Position numbers and translations under genes: made by a program. The notes beneath the pieces were generated by a model. It had not been told where the DNA came from, ran no database searches, and saw only the letters and a program-made list of their open reading frames with translations. 64,000 nt of DNA from a virus. Shown here one piece after another: positions 20,980 through 30,755 of this stretch. Location of the stretch: the IMG/VR virus record IMGVR_UViG_3300027974_001900, positions 53,361-117,360 of that record. One strand, 5' to 3'. Each line of letters opens with the position of its first letter. Within the stretch, counting starts at the first letter, position 1.

Positions 20980-23123
20980 TATAATAACCTTAAAATTTTT
21001 GCTACTGGTGCTGTTTTCATTTTATTTAGAATATAATCTTTTAAAGCTTTTTCTTTTTTGTTAATTGATAGTTTGTCTATTTTCTTTAATTCATCTTTTT
21101 TACCGCCGTTTATCCATAATCTTCCATTTTCTCTTTCATCGTTGGACAAGCCAGATTTTACCTGTGATGGTTTTTCTTCATCAGCGGAGAAACACAAATA
21201 TTCAAAATGATTATATGCTTCATCAATAAATACTCCAAATCCAGAATTTTCTTTTTCGTTTCCACCTTTAAAACTCTCTACAACTTTAAGACAATATAAA
21301 TATACATATTCTGGTGGTATTTGATAAACGTCATTATTAAGTTGCACATAAATTACAAAGTCAACAGCTTGACCATAATAATGTCTTGATTCGGCATCAG
21401 AAGAATTTGTTTTCTTTGTTCTCAGTACATTTATTGGTATTATTAGGACATCCTTGTCTTCTACATTTTCATTTGTCCTAACAAGTTCTCTCAGAGAAAT
21501 CAAGAAATCAGATAATTTGGAAATTCTATTATCTAAAGATTCTTTTGAAATAAAATTATCTTTTCCGTTTTTAAAGTTAGAATTTATTCCTATAAATTGT
21601 TTTGATTTCGAATTCTGTTGTTTAATTTTTTCTGGGATTGAATAAAATTTATTATTTATTTTTTTTAAATCTTCATAGGAATAAAAAGGACTATTGTTTT
21701 TGCTGCTTATTAATTCTCCTGAGATGTATAAGCTTTCCTCCAACAATAAATCTTCTGGAGCTGTGATTTCTATAGGATAACTAAATGGTATTTTAGTAGT
21801 AGAAAGAGAATCAAAAAAGAAACTTATAAAAGCTCCATCTTTGTTTCCTCTGTGCCACCTGTTTAAATCTTTTACAGGTATGTATAAATCTGTTACCGTT
21901 TGTTGAACGTTTTCACATGGGTCAAATGTAGCTCTTTCTCTTAGTGTTGTTTGAGTAGTTTGAGGTGTTTCTGTATTTGAATTATTATTAGAAATACTAC
22001 CATTTTTTAATTTTTCACTTGTTTGTATATAAATGTCTACGCTTGCCTCATTTATATCTAATCCAATAGCTTGAATATCTATAGATATATCAGTATAAAA
22101 AAGAATACTCGTTTCTATTTTTTTAATAGCATTGATATTTACAGAAAATCTAAATTTAGATAATTGCTTTTCTATATATTTAGAAAATTTCTCTAAAGAT
22201 TTTTCATCAGTAAACGTTAATCTAACTAAAACTTCAAAACTAGATCTATCTTCACCAACAACAACCTTTGGTATTGCAGATCCATCATCTTTAAAATTAT
22301 TCTTTAAATTATTTTTATTTTTTCCTATTTCTTTAACTTTTGAGTCACAATAGATTGAATAAATTATTTTTTTTAAATTATCAACATTAATTGTATTTTT
22401 TGGACCTTCTTGTCTTAAAAAGTTTTGAAATCCAGAAGGAGAAAATACATAATCTAAAGTATCAAATAGTTGATAATAACCAGCAACAGGATCTGAAACG
22501 AAAGATGAATTTAAATCAGCATTTGGAGCTGCAGAACCTTCTAACTGCAAGACTCTACAATTATTATAGCTTTGTAAGGATTGTGTTATTTTTCCTTTTA
22601 AATCAACTTCAGAATTATCATCTCCATTTGATTTATATACAGCTATTATTTGTGGATCTGAGAAGTTTTTTGCGTTTTTAAAAACTATTTTAACTAAATC
22701 ATTTACTTTAATCGCATCTTTACCAGAATAATTAATTTTAAATTTAGTATAATAATTTAATAAGCTTCCGCCCTTATCTATCCTTGAAGTAGAATAAAGT
22801 TCCGGTATATGAACAACGAATTGATTTGTTATAGTTTTATCTTGAGTTTTATAATTTGAATAAAATCTTTCTAAGTTTGTAATAGAGTCATTAAATATAT
22901 CAAATATTCCAATATCTTTATTGTTCTCTGCTATAACTTGAACAACCTTACCAACATAATAATTGTTTCCATCATTAGGGTCTGGTGCTAACTCTTGACG
23001 AATAAAATCTTCTAATAAAGATTCAACAGGTAATCTTTGATTAACCGCAATTTTTTCTGCGTGTTTAGATTTCGGCTTTTGGTTTATCTTGCTATTTGCA
23101 ACAGGAGCGTCTTCGTTTGCCAT
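20979..23123 (-). CDS. Putative baseplate hub protein with C-terminal M15A-like peptidoglycan peptidase
   Basis: 'SRHYYGQAVDF' matches SxHxxGxAxD and is followed by 'GFGVF...YNHFE'; N-terminal 'YYVGKVVQV...VHIPEL' looks like a gp5 OB-fold. Confidence 0.55.
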   Translation of the reverse strand: MANEDAPVANSKINQKPKSKHAEKIAVNQRLPVESLLEDFIRQELAPDPNDGNNYYVGKVVQVIAENNKDIGIFDIFNDSITNLERFYSNYKTQDKTITNQFVVHIPELYSTSRIDKGGSLLNYYTKFKINYSGKDAIKVNDLVKIVFKNAKNFSDPQIIAVYKSNGDDNSEVDLKGKITQSLQSYNNCRVLQLEGSAAPNADLNSSFVSDPVAGYYQLFDTLDYVFSPSGFQNFLRQEGPKNTINVDNLKKIIYSIYCDSKVKEIGKNKNNLKNNFKDDGSAIPKVVVGEDRSSFEVLVRLTFTDEKSLEKFSKYIEKQLSKFRFSVNINAIKKIETSILFYTDISIDIQAIGLDINEASVDIYIQTSEKLKNGSISNNNSNTETPQTTQTTLRERATFDPCENVQQTVTDLYIPVKDLNRWHRGNKDGAFISFFFDSLSTTKIPFSYPIEITAPEDLLLEESLYISGELISSKNNSPFYSYEDLKKINNKFYSIPEKIKQQNSKSKQFIGINSNFKNGKDNFISKESLDNRISKLSDFLISLRELVRTNENVEDKDVLIIPINVLRTKKTNSSDAESRHYYGQAVDFVIYVQLNNDVYQIPPEYVYLYCLKVVESFKGGNEKENSGFGVFIDEAYNHFEYLCFSADEEKPSQVKSGLSNDERENGRLWINGGKKDELKKIDKLSINKKEKALKDYILNKMKTAPVAKILRLL

Positions 23124-23129
23124 TCATTA

Positions 23130-23426
23130 TTACCCCTTAATAATATCTAGTATCTCATCAACTTCTTCTTCTGATATGTTTAGGGATTCACTAGCGGTTT
23201 TTTCTTTCTTCATTATAGCAACCGCTTTAATAAGCTGTTCATTTGATCTTTGTAAAGTTTCCATATATTTTGCAGCAGTAAACCCAACTTCTTTGTGAGA
23301 AACTCTTGCTGCAACCAAATCTGCGCGAAGCTCGTTAATTAATTCATAAGTTAAACCACGATCTTCCCTGATGTTTGTTATTGCTTCTTCCAACAACTCT
23401 GCATCTGTTAGTTTAGATTTCGCCAT
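23130..23426 (-). CDS. Hypothetical helical protein
   Basis: Likely start is MAKSKL at 23426, overlapping the end of the upstream gene, rather than 23480. Confidence 0.6.
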   Translation of the reverse strand: MAKSKLTDAELLEEAITNIREDRGLTYELINELRADLVAARVSHKEVGFTAAKYMETLQRSNEQLIKAVAIMKKEKTASESLNISEEEVDEILDIIKG

Positions 23427-24096
23427 CGTCCCAATCTTCCTTGAATACTTTATACTTAGCTTTAATACCAGATAGTCCACTTACAACTTGTTTTGTGTTT
23501 AAACCAGTAAGTTCTCTTATGTATAAGTAAATAGCTTTCTTGTTAAAAATTTCTATGTTGTCAATGTTATTAAAAATGTGGATTATTGAATTAAGAACTT
23601 TTCTTTCGTTTTCTCTTAAGTCCATTTTTTCCCACAAAGCTATTTCGCCCATAAGATGTGTCCAGAATTCAGAGTTTTCTCTCGTATCTTCATAATCATT
23701 GGGAGTAGATTCAGTGTCTTCGTCAATTTCCATTTCAGCGTCTTCTATGGAAACTTCTCTTTTCTTTTCTTTATTAGTTTTCTTTACATTCTGAATAAAC
23801 CAATTCTTTGTAATAACTGAATAATAAGAGAATGCTTTGGAACCTTTTGTTGTGTCATACTTGTCAAGAATTGTAGTAAGCCAAATTTTACACTCATCAC
23901 GAAGCTGATCTATGTTTGGTAGTGTATTAAATTTATAAGTGAAAATGATCTTATTTACCATTTCATCAAATGCGGGTTGTATAAACTCTACATATAATTT
24001 TGTTCTAACAACCCTATCATTTGATAAAGCATATTTGATAATTGCATCTTCGTGAACTTGTGTAAAATAATAATTACTCTTCTTCGTTGTTGTCAT
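23413..24096 (-). CDS. Phage sigma factor (T4 gp55-like, late transcription)
   Basis: Region-2-like 'ILDKYDTTKGSKAFSYYSVITKNWFIQ'; 227 aa; directly upstream of the structural genes. Confidence 0.65.
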   Translation of the reverse strand: MTTTKKSNYYFTQVHEDAIIKYALSNDRVVRTKLYVEFIQPAFDEMVNKIIFTYKFNTLPNIDQLRDECKIWLTTILDKYDTTKGSKAFSYYSVITKNWFIQNVKKTNKEKKREVSIEDAEMEIDEDTESTPNDYEDTRENSEFWTHLMGEIALWEKMDLRENERKVLNSIIHIFNNIDNIEIFNKKAIYLYIRELTGLNTKQVVSGLSGIKAKYKVFKEDWDDGEI

Positions 24097-24370
24097 TCTT
24101 GTCTTCTACCTCAATAGATTGTAGAACATCGTCTAGTGCCTTACCCAATTCTTTTGTGTGTTCCACAAGAGCCATTATGGTAGGTTCACCAAAATACAAT
24201 TCCATCTTGGTCAGACTTTGTAAATGTTCTTCGTATTTTTTAACTAACGGTGAGAACTGTTTAAATAGCTCGACAAGAGAAATACGATCTCTCAAAAGAT
24301 TATAACAGTACCAAATTAAGAATCCGTTTAATACTGTTGATAATGTTAATGTTAGATAAAGAAAAATCAT
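24074..24370 (-). CDS. Membrane-anchored hypothetical protein
   Basis: N-terminal hydrophobic helix. Confidence 0.6.
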   Translation of the reverse strand: MIFLYLTLTLSTVLNGFLIWYCYNLLRDRISLVELFKQFSPLVKKYEEHLQSLTKMELYFGEPTIMALVEHTKELGKALDDVLQSIEVEDKNDNNEEE

Positions 24371-24612
24371 CTTTTATTTTCTGCCTTATATTCTTTTAAA
24401 TCGCTTCTCGCTTGTTCAATATAATTTCTCGTTTTTTTACCAGTTTTATTTTGCATAGTTTCTGTTAGCTTGTTTACAGTTTCTTGGTATTTAAAAACTT
24501 TTTTAAAATTTTCTGTCTCGCAGTAAGGACATTTTTCTGGTTTTTCATCAAAACCATGTATTTCTACCCACTCTTTTTGACAAGACTGGCACTTGTAATC
24601 ATATGCTGGCAT
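24367..24612 (-). CDS. FmdB-family zinc-ribbon protein
   Basis: 'MPAYDYKCQSC...CPYC'. Confidence 0.8.
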   Translation of the reverse strand: MPAYDYKCQSCQKEWVEIHGFDEKPEKCPYCETENFKKVFKYQETVNKLTETMQNKTGKKTRNYIEQARSDLKEYKAENKR

Positions 24613-24947
24613 TAAGACCTTCCATAATTATCTTCTAATCTAATAACGTCATCTAATTCTGGGGTTGATACTTCTACAAGTTCAACGTATTCAAAAATAT
24701 CTCGACAGGAAAATCTGTGAACTATATTTGGTTCTATATGAAACACTTCACCTTCGTGAAGAGTTAATATTTTATCTTGTAAATATAAATCTAAAATACC
24801 ATTTTTTACGTATATGGTTTCTGTTTTTTTTTCATGGTATTGAAGAGAAAGTTTCTGTCCTGAATTGATATGCAAAATTTTTCCAACATACTTATCTGTT
24901 TTAGCCCAGATTATTTCATAGCCCCAAGGTTTTTCTACTCTTTCCAT
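24612..24947 (-). CDS. Cupin, mannose-6-phosphate isomerase C-terminal-like
   Basis: 'VEKPWGYE', 'LSLQYHEKKTET', 'HRF', 'EVSTPELDDVIRLED.YGR'. Confidence 0.8.
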   Translation of the reverse strand: MERVEKPWGYEIIWAKTDKYVGKILHINSGQKLSLQYHEKKTETIYVKNGILDLYLQDKILTLHEGEVFHIEPNIVHRFSCRDIFEYVELVEVSTPELDDVIRLEDNYGRS

Positions 24948-25150
24948 TCAAACTCCTTTTTTTCAACAACTTTTTTTACTTCTTCATTTACTTTAAAAGA
25001 AGGTGTATTCGTTACAATTAAAAATTCTGGCTGATCATCATCAATAATAAAATCTAGATCATCTAATAATTGACTAATATCTGTTTCTTCCATAATGCAC
25101 TTTTGTAAACACATCATAATTGCTGCATGTGCTTGTAATGATAGTTTCAT
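24935..25150 (-). CDS. Hypothetical protein
   Basis: 71 aa, preceded by an AAGGAG Shine-Dalgarno. Confidence 0.65.
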   Translation of the reverse strand: MKLSLQAHAAIMMCLQKCIMEETDISQLLDDLDFIIDDDQPEFLIVTNTPSFKVNEEVKKVVEKKEFEWKE

Positions 25151-25311
25151 TTATTTTCTCCTTTATTTAAAATAATACAACATGGTGTTTTTTTAATTAA
25201 CTTTTGAAATTCTAAGTATGCATCTGTAAAGTTTTCAAATACTTTATTTAAAACCATAGCTTGAATAGTAAATTCGTCAAAATCACACACTTCCCATAAT
25301 TCGTATTTCAT
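25147..25311 (-). CDS. Small hypothetical protein (54 aa, MKYELWEVCDFDEF...), not in ORF track
   Basis: Open frame filling the gap; its stop forms an ATGA overlap with the 25150 start. Confidence 0.55.
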   Translation of the reverse strand: MKYELWEVCDFDEFTIQAMVLNKVFENFTDAYLEFQKLIKKTPCCIILNKGENK

Positions 25312-26296
25312 TTTTTATCCTATTGAAGTCGTAATCGTACATCATTTGTACGAGTTGTTTAATGTCTGTTTTTGGCTCCCAGCCAAGTTGTTCTTTTGCT
25401 TTTGTCGGATCACCTAAAAGGTATGGAACTTCATGTGGCCTAAAGTATTTAAGGTCTTGTACAACATAATTTTGATAATCTCCAAGACTTGCATATTCAA
25501 ACACTAATTTACAAAACTCTCTAACTGAATATGTTTTTCCCGTAGCTATTACATAATCTTCTGCTTTATCTTTCTGAAGCATTAGCCACATGGCCTCTAC
25601 ATAATCTCCTGCAAAGCCCCAGTCTCTATACGCGTCAAGATTACCTAGTCTAAGTTCTTTCTCAAGTCCTAGAGCGATTTTAGCAACTCCAATTGTAATC
25701 TTTCTAGTTACAAATGTTTCTCCTCTTCTTGGAGATTCATGGTTAAAAAGAATTCCTCCACAACAGAACATGTCATATGATTTACGATAATTTCTCATTA
25801 ATTGATGTGCAAATACTTTTGCATTTGCATATGGAGAAGCGGGCATAAATCTTGATTCTTCATTATATGGATAATTTGGATTATCTCCGTACATTTCTGA
25901 TGATGATGCCTGATAAAACTTACATGACGGATGAACATTTCTAATTGCCTCTAAAATTCTTAATGTTCCCATTGCTACACCATCAACCGTTGTTTCTGGT
26001 ACTTCAAAAGATACTTTTACGTGTGACTGAGCGGCGAGATTATAAAACTCATCTGGCTTATATTGTAGTAAAAGACGATATAAACTACCAACATCGTTTA
26101 AATCAAAATATTCTATTTTAAAGTTTTTATCATTAAAAATATGATCAATTCTGTCTGTAGCAATTAGAGAAGTTCTTCTTTTCAAGCCAATTATTTTATA
26201 TCCTTTTGATAATAAAAATTCTGCTAAATAAGAACCATCTTGTCCTGTCACACCAGTTATAAAAGCTATTTTTTGCATTTTAGACATCCATTTCAT
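25283..26296 (-). CDS. gmd: GDP-mannose 4,6-dehydratase
   Basis: 'ITGVTGQDGSYLAEFLL', 'YNLAAQSHV', 'FYQASSSEMYG', 'NHESPRRGETFVTRKI'; true start may be a few codons downstream. Confidence 0.95.
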   Translation of the reverse strand: MKWMSKMQKIAFITGVTGQDGSYLAEFLLSKGYKIIGLKRRTSLIATDRIDHIFNDKNFKIEYFDLNDVGSLYRLLLQYKPDEFYNLAAQSHVKVSFEVPETTVDGVAMGTLRILEAIRNVHPSCKFYQASSSEMYGDNPNYPYNEESRFMPASPYANAKVFAHQLMRNYRKSYDMFCCGGILFNHESPRRGETFVTRKITIGVAKIALGLEKELRLGNLDAYRDWGFAGDYVEAMWLMLQKDKAEDYVIATGKTYSVREFCKLVFEYASLGDYQNYVVQDLKYFRPHEVPYLLGDPTKAKEQLGWEPKTDIKQLVQMMYDYDFNRIKNEIRIMGSV

Positions 26297-27437
26297 TAAT
26301 AATATTAGTTATATACGATATTTCATTTTCTTTTAAGTCCTGATGATTTGGTACATAAAAGCCATATTTATCAATATAATCAGCATTTTTCATTTCAACA
26401 ATTCCATATTTTTTATACCAAAAAGGTTTTCTGCTTAAAGAACCAGCTATCAAAGGTCTTACTTCAATATTGTGGTCTTTTAACTTCTGTACTATTTCAG
26501 TTCTTCTTTCGGATAAATAAGGAAAAGCAAAGTTAGATATAAAAGCTTCTTTATTGTTATTTATTTGTAATATATTTTTTTTCAATTTTTCTAAGTAAAT
26601 ATTAAAATTTTCATTTCTTTTTTTAGCAAATAAATTTAATTTATCTATTTGTTTTAAGCCAATTTTAGCTTGTAAATCTGTAGATCTAAAATTAAAACCA
26701 GGATAATAAAAAGTATATAAAGAATCAAATTCATTTATATTATATTTTTTTCTATATTCTTGTTGTACTTCTTTTGGCCAATCTCTATCCCATCCATGCG
26801 ATCTCATAGAAGTGATCAGCAAAGAAAGCTCTTTGTCATTGGTGCAAACAAAACCTCCTTCAATTGTGCTCAAGTGGTGTCCATAAAAAAGGGAAAAAAC
26901 CGAAACTTCTCCAAATGTTCCTAAATACTTATCTTTATACTTGGATCCCATGCTTTCGCAAACATCTTCAAGCAAAATAACATCATATTTTTTACAAAGC
27001 TCTAAAACCTTGTCCATGTCTGGTACAAGTCCTAACACCGATACCAATATAACAATAGAAGGGCTTTGTTCTTTAAAAATTTTTTCTAACTCTTCTAAAT
27101 CTAAAGATAAATCATGTAGATTACAATCACATAAAATTGGTGTCATACCTAATTGCATTACAGAAGAAATATCTGTCAACCAACTTAGTGCAGGTACAAC
27201 AACTTTATCATTTTTAATGCCCCTTTCTTTTAGAGCCGCCAAGGCCAATAATATTGCAGAAGACCCTGAGTTTACATAAGTTGTATGATTTGTATTTATA
27301 TAAGATGACCACTTTTCTTCAAATTCGACAGTGACATCTCCTTTAGTAAGCTTTGGAATTTCATCCTGTAGAAGCCAGTCAGTAAGCGATTTAATATCTT
27401 CTTTGTTTATTGTATCAGAAACAAGTCCTATTTTCAT
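26280..27437 (-). CDS. colD: PLP-dependent DegT-fold enzyme, ColD-like GDP-4-keto-6-deoxymannose 3-dehydratase
   Basis: 'FSLFYGHHLSTIEGG' has His where aminotransferases have the Schiff-base Lys; also 'RSHGWDR' and 'GFNFRSTD'. Confidence 0.75.
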   Translation of the reverse strand: MKIGLVSDTINKEDIKSLTDWLLQDEIPKLTKGDVTVEFEEKWSSYINTNHTTYVNSGSSAILLALAALKERGIKNDKVVVPALSWLTDISSVMQLGMTPILCDCNLHDLSLDLEELEKIFKEQSPSIVILVSVLGLVPDMDKVLELCKKYDVILLEDVCESMGSKYKDKYLGTFGEVSVFSLFYGHHLSTIEGGFVCTNDKELSLLITSMRSHGWDRDWPKEVQQEYRKKYNINEFDSLYTFYYPGFNFRSTDLQAKIGLKQIDKLNLFAKKRNENFNIYLEKLKKNILQINNNKEAFISNFAFPYLSERRTEIVQKLKDHNIEVRPLIAGSLSRKPFWYKKYGIVEMKNADYIDKYGFYVPNHQDLKENEISYITNIINEMDV

Positions 27438-27468
27438 TTAAATTATTCTCCAAAAAATATTTTATTTA

Positions 27469-28257
27469 TTACGAAGGAGTTCCATCATTCCACGTATGCA
27501 AAGAAATTGCAACCTTAGCCGTGCCTTCATATGAAATTAAAATATCATTTATTTCTTCTTCGGTGTATGTTTCTGGGTAGTATTTGCCTGTTATTTCTGT
27601 ATAAAGATCTTTTATAACATTATATTTTTCTGGGTGGTGTTTTAAACACCAATTTGCATAAGAATCTTGATCTGATATACAACATTCTTTTGTGGTAATT
27701 TTACAAGCTTCTTTAAAAAATATTTTATGGTCATTTCCATATTTATTTAAAAGTTCTTTTGTAATTTTTTTATTATACATCATAAATTCAACTATAAAAG
27801 AATCATCTGCAACTTTTTCTAAATCAAACATATGCTCGGTGAATTTAAAGTATGCCTCACAATAATGAGAATGTTGTGGAGACATGAAAAAATTTGGTTT
27901 TCCATCTTTATCAAAAAGATCTATAGGATTTAAAAAGAAATTATCAGACTGAATATCTAGATAGTAATCTTGTTCTGTTATATCTTGAAATAAAGCTATA
28001 AATTGTGCAAAACACCAATTTTTTCTATATTTAATTTCTTCTCTATCGCAGCCAGGAAGTGCATCTTCATCTTTTACAGTTATAATTATATCATCATATT
28101 TAGTGTTTTCTGGTTTATAACCATCTGGATTGATTAAATAAATTTTTGATGGCTGTGGATTTAAAAATTTAATAGAGTTGATTACATGTTTAAGTTTACA
28201 ATAATCTTTTATTCCAGATTTTATAATAACATCATATTTTTTATTTTGTTCTTTCAT
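27469..28257 (-). CDS. Putative GT-A-fold glycosyltransferase-like protein
   Basis: 'YYLDIQSDNFFLNP' DxD-like region; inside the sugar cluster. Confidence 0.45.
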   Translation of the reverse strand: MKEQNKKYDVIIKSGIKDYCKLKHVINSIKFLNPQPSKIYLINPDGYKPENTKYDDIIITVKDEDALPGCDREEIKYRKNWCFAQFIALFQDITEQDYYLDIQSDNFFLNPIDLFDKDGKPNFFMSPQHSHYCEAYFKFTEHMFDLEKVADDSFIVEFMMYNKKITKELLNKYGNDHKIFFKEACKITTKECCISDQDSYANWCLKHHPEKYNVIKDLYTEITGKYYPETYTEEEINDILISYEGTAKVAISLHTWNDGTPS

Positions 28258-28261
28258 AATA

Positions 28262-29191
28262 TTAAATTCCTCTTATGTTTGGATAGTTTTCTTCTAGCCA
28301 CTTACAGGTTTCCTTTAATCCGTCTTCTAGGTTGGTATAATTATTAATATCCCATCCTAGTGACAAAAATTTAGAATTATCTGACATTCTTCTATGCTGA
28401 CCTTCGGAAAACTTTTCGTCCCATTTAATTTCTCCTTCATAGTTATAAATTTTTGAAATTAAATTTGCTAAATCTCTTATACTAATTTCGTTCGTATTAC
28501 CAACATTTATAGATTCAGTTTCGTTGTAGTTTTCTAAACAAAAAAGAATAATTTTTGCTAAATCATTTGAATAAGTAAACTCTCTCTTTGCACTACCATT
28601 TCCCCATAAAACTACTTCTTTATTAAATTTTTTAGCTTCAAATATTTTTCTCATTATTGATGGTATAACATGTGCATTATTTAAATCAAAATTATCATAT
28701 GGTCCATAAAGATTGTTTGGTATTATACAAATAAAATTATCTCCATATTGTTCTTTATAAGCTCTAGAATGTATGTCCATCATTCTTTTAGAAAAACCAT
28801 AGCCATAATTTGAATGGTGACTTAATCCATTATGTATGTCTTTTTCTTTTAATGGCAAAGGAGCATTAAAGGGGTATATACAAGTGCTAAGTATAGAAAT
28901 TAATTTTTTTACCTTAAAATCATGGCACGCTTTAACTACATTTGTATTTATTAAAACATTTTCTGTAAAAAAATCAGCTTGAGAATATAAATTTGCTTTT
29001 AATCCCCCGACTTTTGCGGCTAGGTGAACAACATATTCAGGTCTATATTTTTCAAAAACTTCTCTAGTTTGTATTGGGTCTTGTAAATTTATTTTACTAT
29101 CAAGATATATTGCACCTGGCAAGATTTTTTGTAAGGCTCTGCCCGCCATTCCGCTTCCACCAGTTACTAAAATTTTTTCATTATTTATCAT
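28262..29191 (-). CDS. fcl: GDP-L-fucose synthase / ColC-like epimerase-reductase
   Basis: 'LVTGGSGMAG', 'HLAAKVGG', 'STCIYP', 'YGFSKR', 'NLYGPYDNF...HVIP'. Confidence 0.9.
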   Translation of the reverse strand: MINNEKILVTGGSGMAGRALQKILPGAIYLDSKINLQDPIQTREVFEKYRPEYVVHLAAKVGGLKANLYSQADFFTENVLINTNVVKACHDFKVKKLISILSTCIYPFNAPLPLKEKDIHNGLSHHSNYGYGFSKRMMDIHSRAYKEQYGDNFICIIPNNLYGPYDNFDLNNAHVIPSIMRKIFEAKKFNKEVVLWGNGSAKREFTYSNDLAKIILFCLENYNETESINVGNTNEISIRDLANLISKIYNYEGEIKWDEKFSEGQHRRMSDNSKFLSLGWDINNYTNLEDGLKETCKWLEENYPNIRGI

Positions 29192-30449
29192 TAATATCCT
29201 CCGAAGAAATTATAGTAAATTTAGGACATGGTACTATAAATTTACCACCATTGTTTAAATAATTTCTTTCTCTCTCGGTAAATTCTTTTATAAAGTGCCA
29301 AGGAAGAATTAATAAATAATCAGGCTTTTCGCTTCTCATTTGTTCTTCTGATATAATTGGAATATTTGTTCCCGCTGTTCTTAGCCCGTGTTTATATGGT
29401 GAACGATCAGCAATTGCGGTTATTTGAGCATTATCAAGACCATACCATTGGATAAGAGTATTTCCTTTTGTCGAAGCTCCATAGCCATAAATTGTTTTAT
29501 TTTTCTCTTTTTCTTGTTTTATAAATGAAACCATTTTTTCTTTTAAAGAACAAATATCATTATAAAAATTAATATATGTTTCTGGATTATTAATTTGCAA
29601 ACTTTCTTCATATTTTAATAAAGATTCAATTCTAAAATTTGCAACGTCTCTCTTTTGTTGGTCTCTAAACCTAGTTTTATCCGCTTCTTTTTTCATCAAA
29701 AATACTCTAAAGCTTCCACCATTTACATCATTTAAAGTACAATCAACTATATCAAACCCCACCTTATCCATTAAGTATTTAATCGAAGATAGTGAATAAT
29801 ATGTTATATGCTCATGGCAGATATTATCAAAAGCCATTTGTCTTAACATTAAAGGAGTATAACTTAATTGAATGACCCAAATTCCATTATCTTCTAATAT
29901 TTCTTTAACATCATTACAAAAAGAAATTGGATTATCTAAATCATAAAACATTGCAATAGTAGTAACTATTTTTGCTTTTTTACTACCATATTTTCCAGAT
30001 TTATATGCCTTGGCTGAAAAATAATCTTGTATTACTTCGTCTGCTTTTTTAGACGATTCTGTATGATAAGAATCGTCACTCGGATCTATGCCTAACTTAA
30101 CAAGATGACTAGGAACATAATCAAATAAAGTTCCATCATTACAGGCTATATCTAAAAAAATATCTCCTTCTTTTGTTTTAACCGATTTTAAACAGCTATC
30201 GACAACATCTTTTAATTCATCTTTCATTGTTTGATTGGTTCCAGAACGATACCAATATCTTCCATACATCTTTTCTTGTGGTATGGTATCTTCTAGTTGC
30301 AACAGCCCAGATTTTTCACATAATTTTAATTTTAACTCACATTCACCAGCTCTTGGCTGTTCGTTTTCTGTTAAAAAATCAGACATATATATATTGCCCA
30401 AAGAAAATACTTCTTTTGTTTCTTCACCCGAAATTCTACATTTAGACAT
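29181..30449 (-). CDS. NDP-hexose C-methyltransferase
   Basis: 'DIACNDGT', 'FDNICHEH..YY', 'GYGASTKGNT', 'PDYLLILPWHF'. Confidence 0.85.
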   Translation of the reverse strand: MSKCRISGEETKEVFSLGNIYMSDFLTENEQPRAGECELKLKLCEKSGLLQLEDTIPQEKMYGRYWYRSGTNQTMKDELKDVVDSCLKSVKTKEGDIFLDIACNDGTLFDYVPSHLVKLGIDPSDDSYHTESSKKADEVIQDYFSAKAYKSGKYGSKKAKIVTTIAMFYDLDNPISFCNDVKEILEDNGIWVIQLSYTPLMLRQMAFDNICHEHITYYSLSSIKYLMDKVGFDIVDCTLNDVNGGSFRVFLMKKEADKTRFRDQQKRDVANFRIESLLKYEESLQINNPETYINFYNDICSLKEKMVSFIKQEKEKNKTIYGYGASTKGNTLIQWYGLDNAQITAIADRSPYKHGLRTAGTNIPIISEEQMRSEKPDYLLILPWHFIKEFTERERNYLNNGGKFIVPCPKFTIISSEDINDK

Positions 30450-30755
30450 TTAATCCTCGCTTTTAAAAAATATTAAACTATTAACCGCTTTATCGCATAT
30501 GAATAAATCATAAGCTGGTTTACCGAATTTTATTGAATGATATTTGACATTCCAATCACTAAGCTGTTTTTTTGTTATTTGTTCCCAATTTATACCAGTT
30601 AATGTTCCTCTTGCTGTCCAATAAACTATATTATTACCATCGTCATATAGTTTGTTTATTTTTTCAATATTTTGTTTTATAGGAATTGATTTTGCATAAT
30701 TTCTATCTTCTGGTGTTATGCAAATCGTTTCGTCTATATCTACATAGATTATCAT
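30450..30755 (-). CDS. Small HAD-family phosphatase
   Basis: 'YVDIDETIC', 'WTARG', 'GKP..D..ICDKA'. Confidence 0.8.
   Translation of the reverse strand: MIIYVDIDETICITPEDRNYAKSIPIKQNIEKINKLYDDGNNIVYWTARGTLTGINWEQITKKQLSDWNVKYHSIKFGKPAYDLFICDKAVNSLIFFKSED

Noticed and set aside
25150-25285. Sigma70-like TTGACG-N16-TATGGT in an apparent intergenic gap
   Set aside because: The gap is filled by a 54-aa ORF with ATGA coupling; the promoter match is weak
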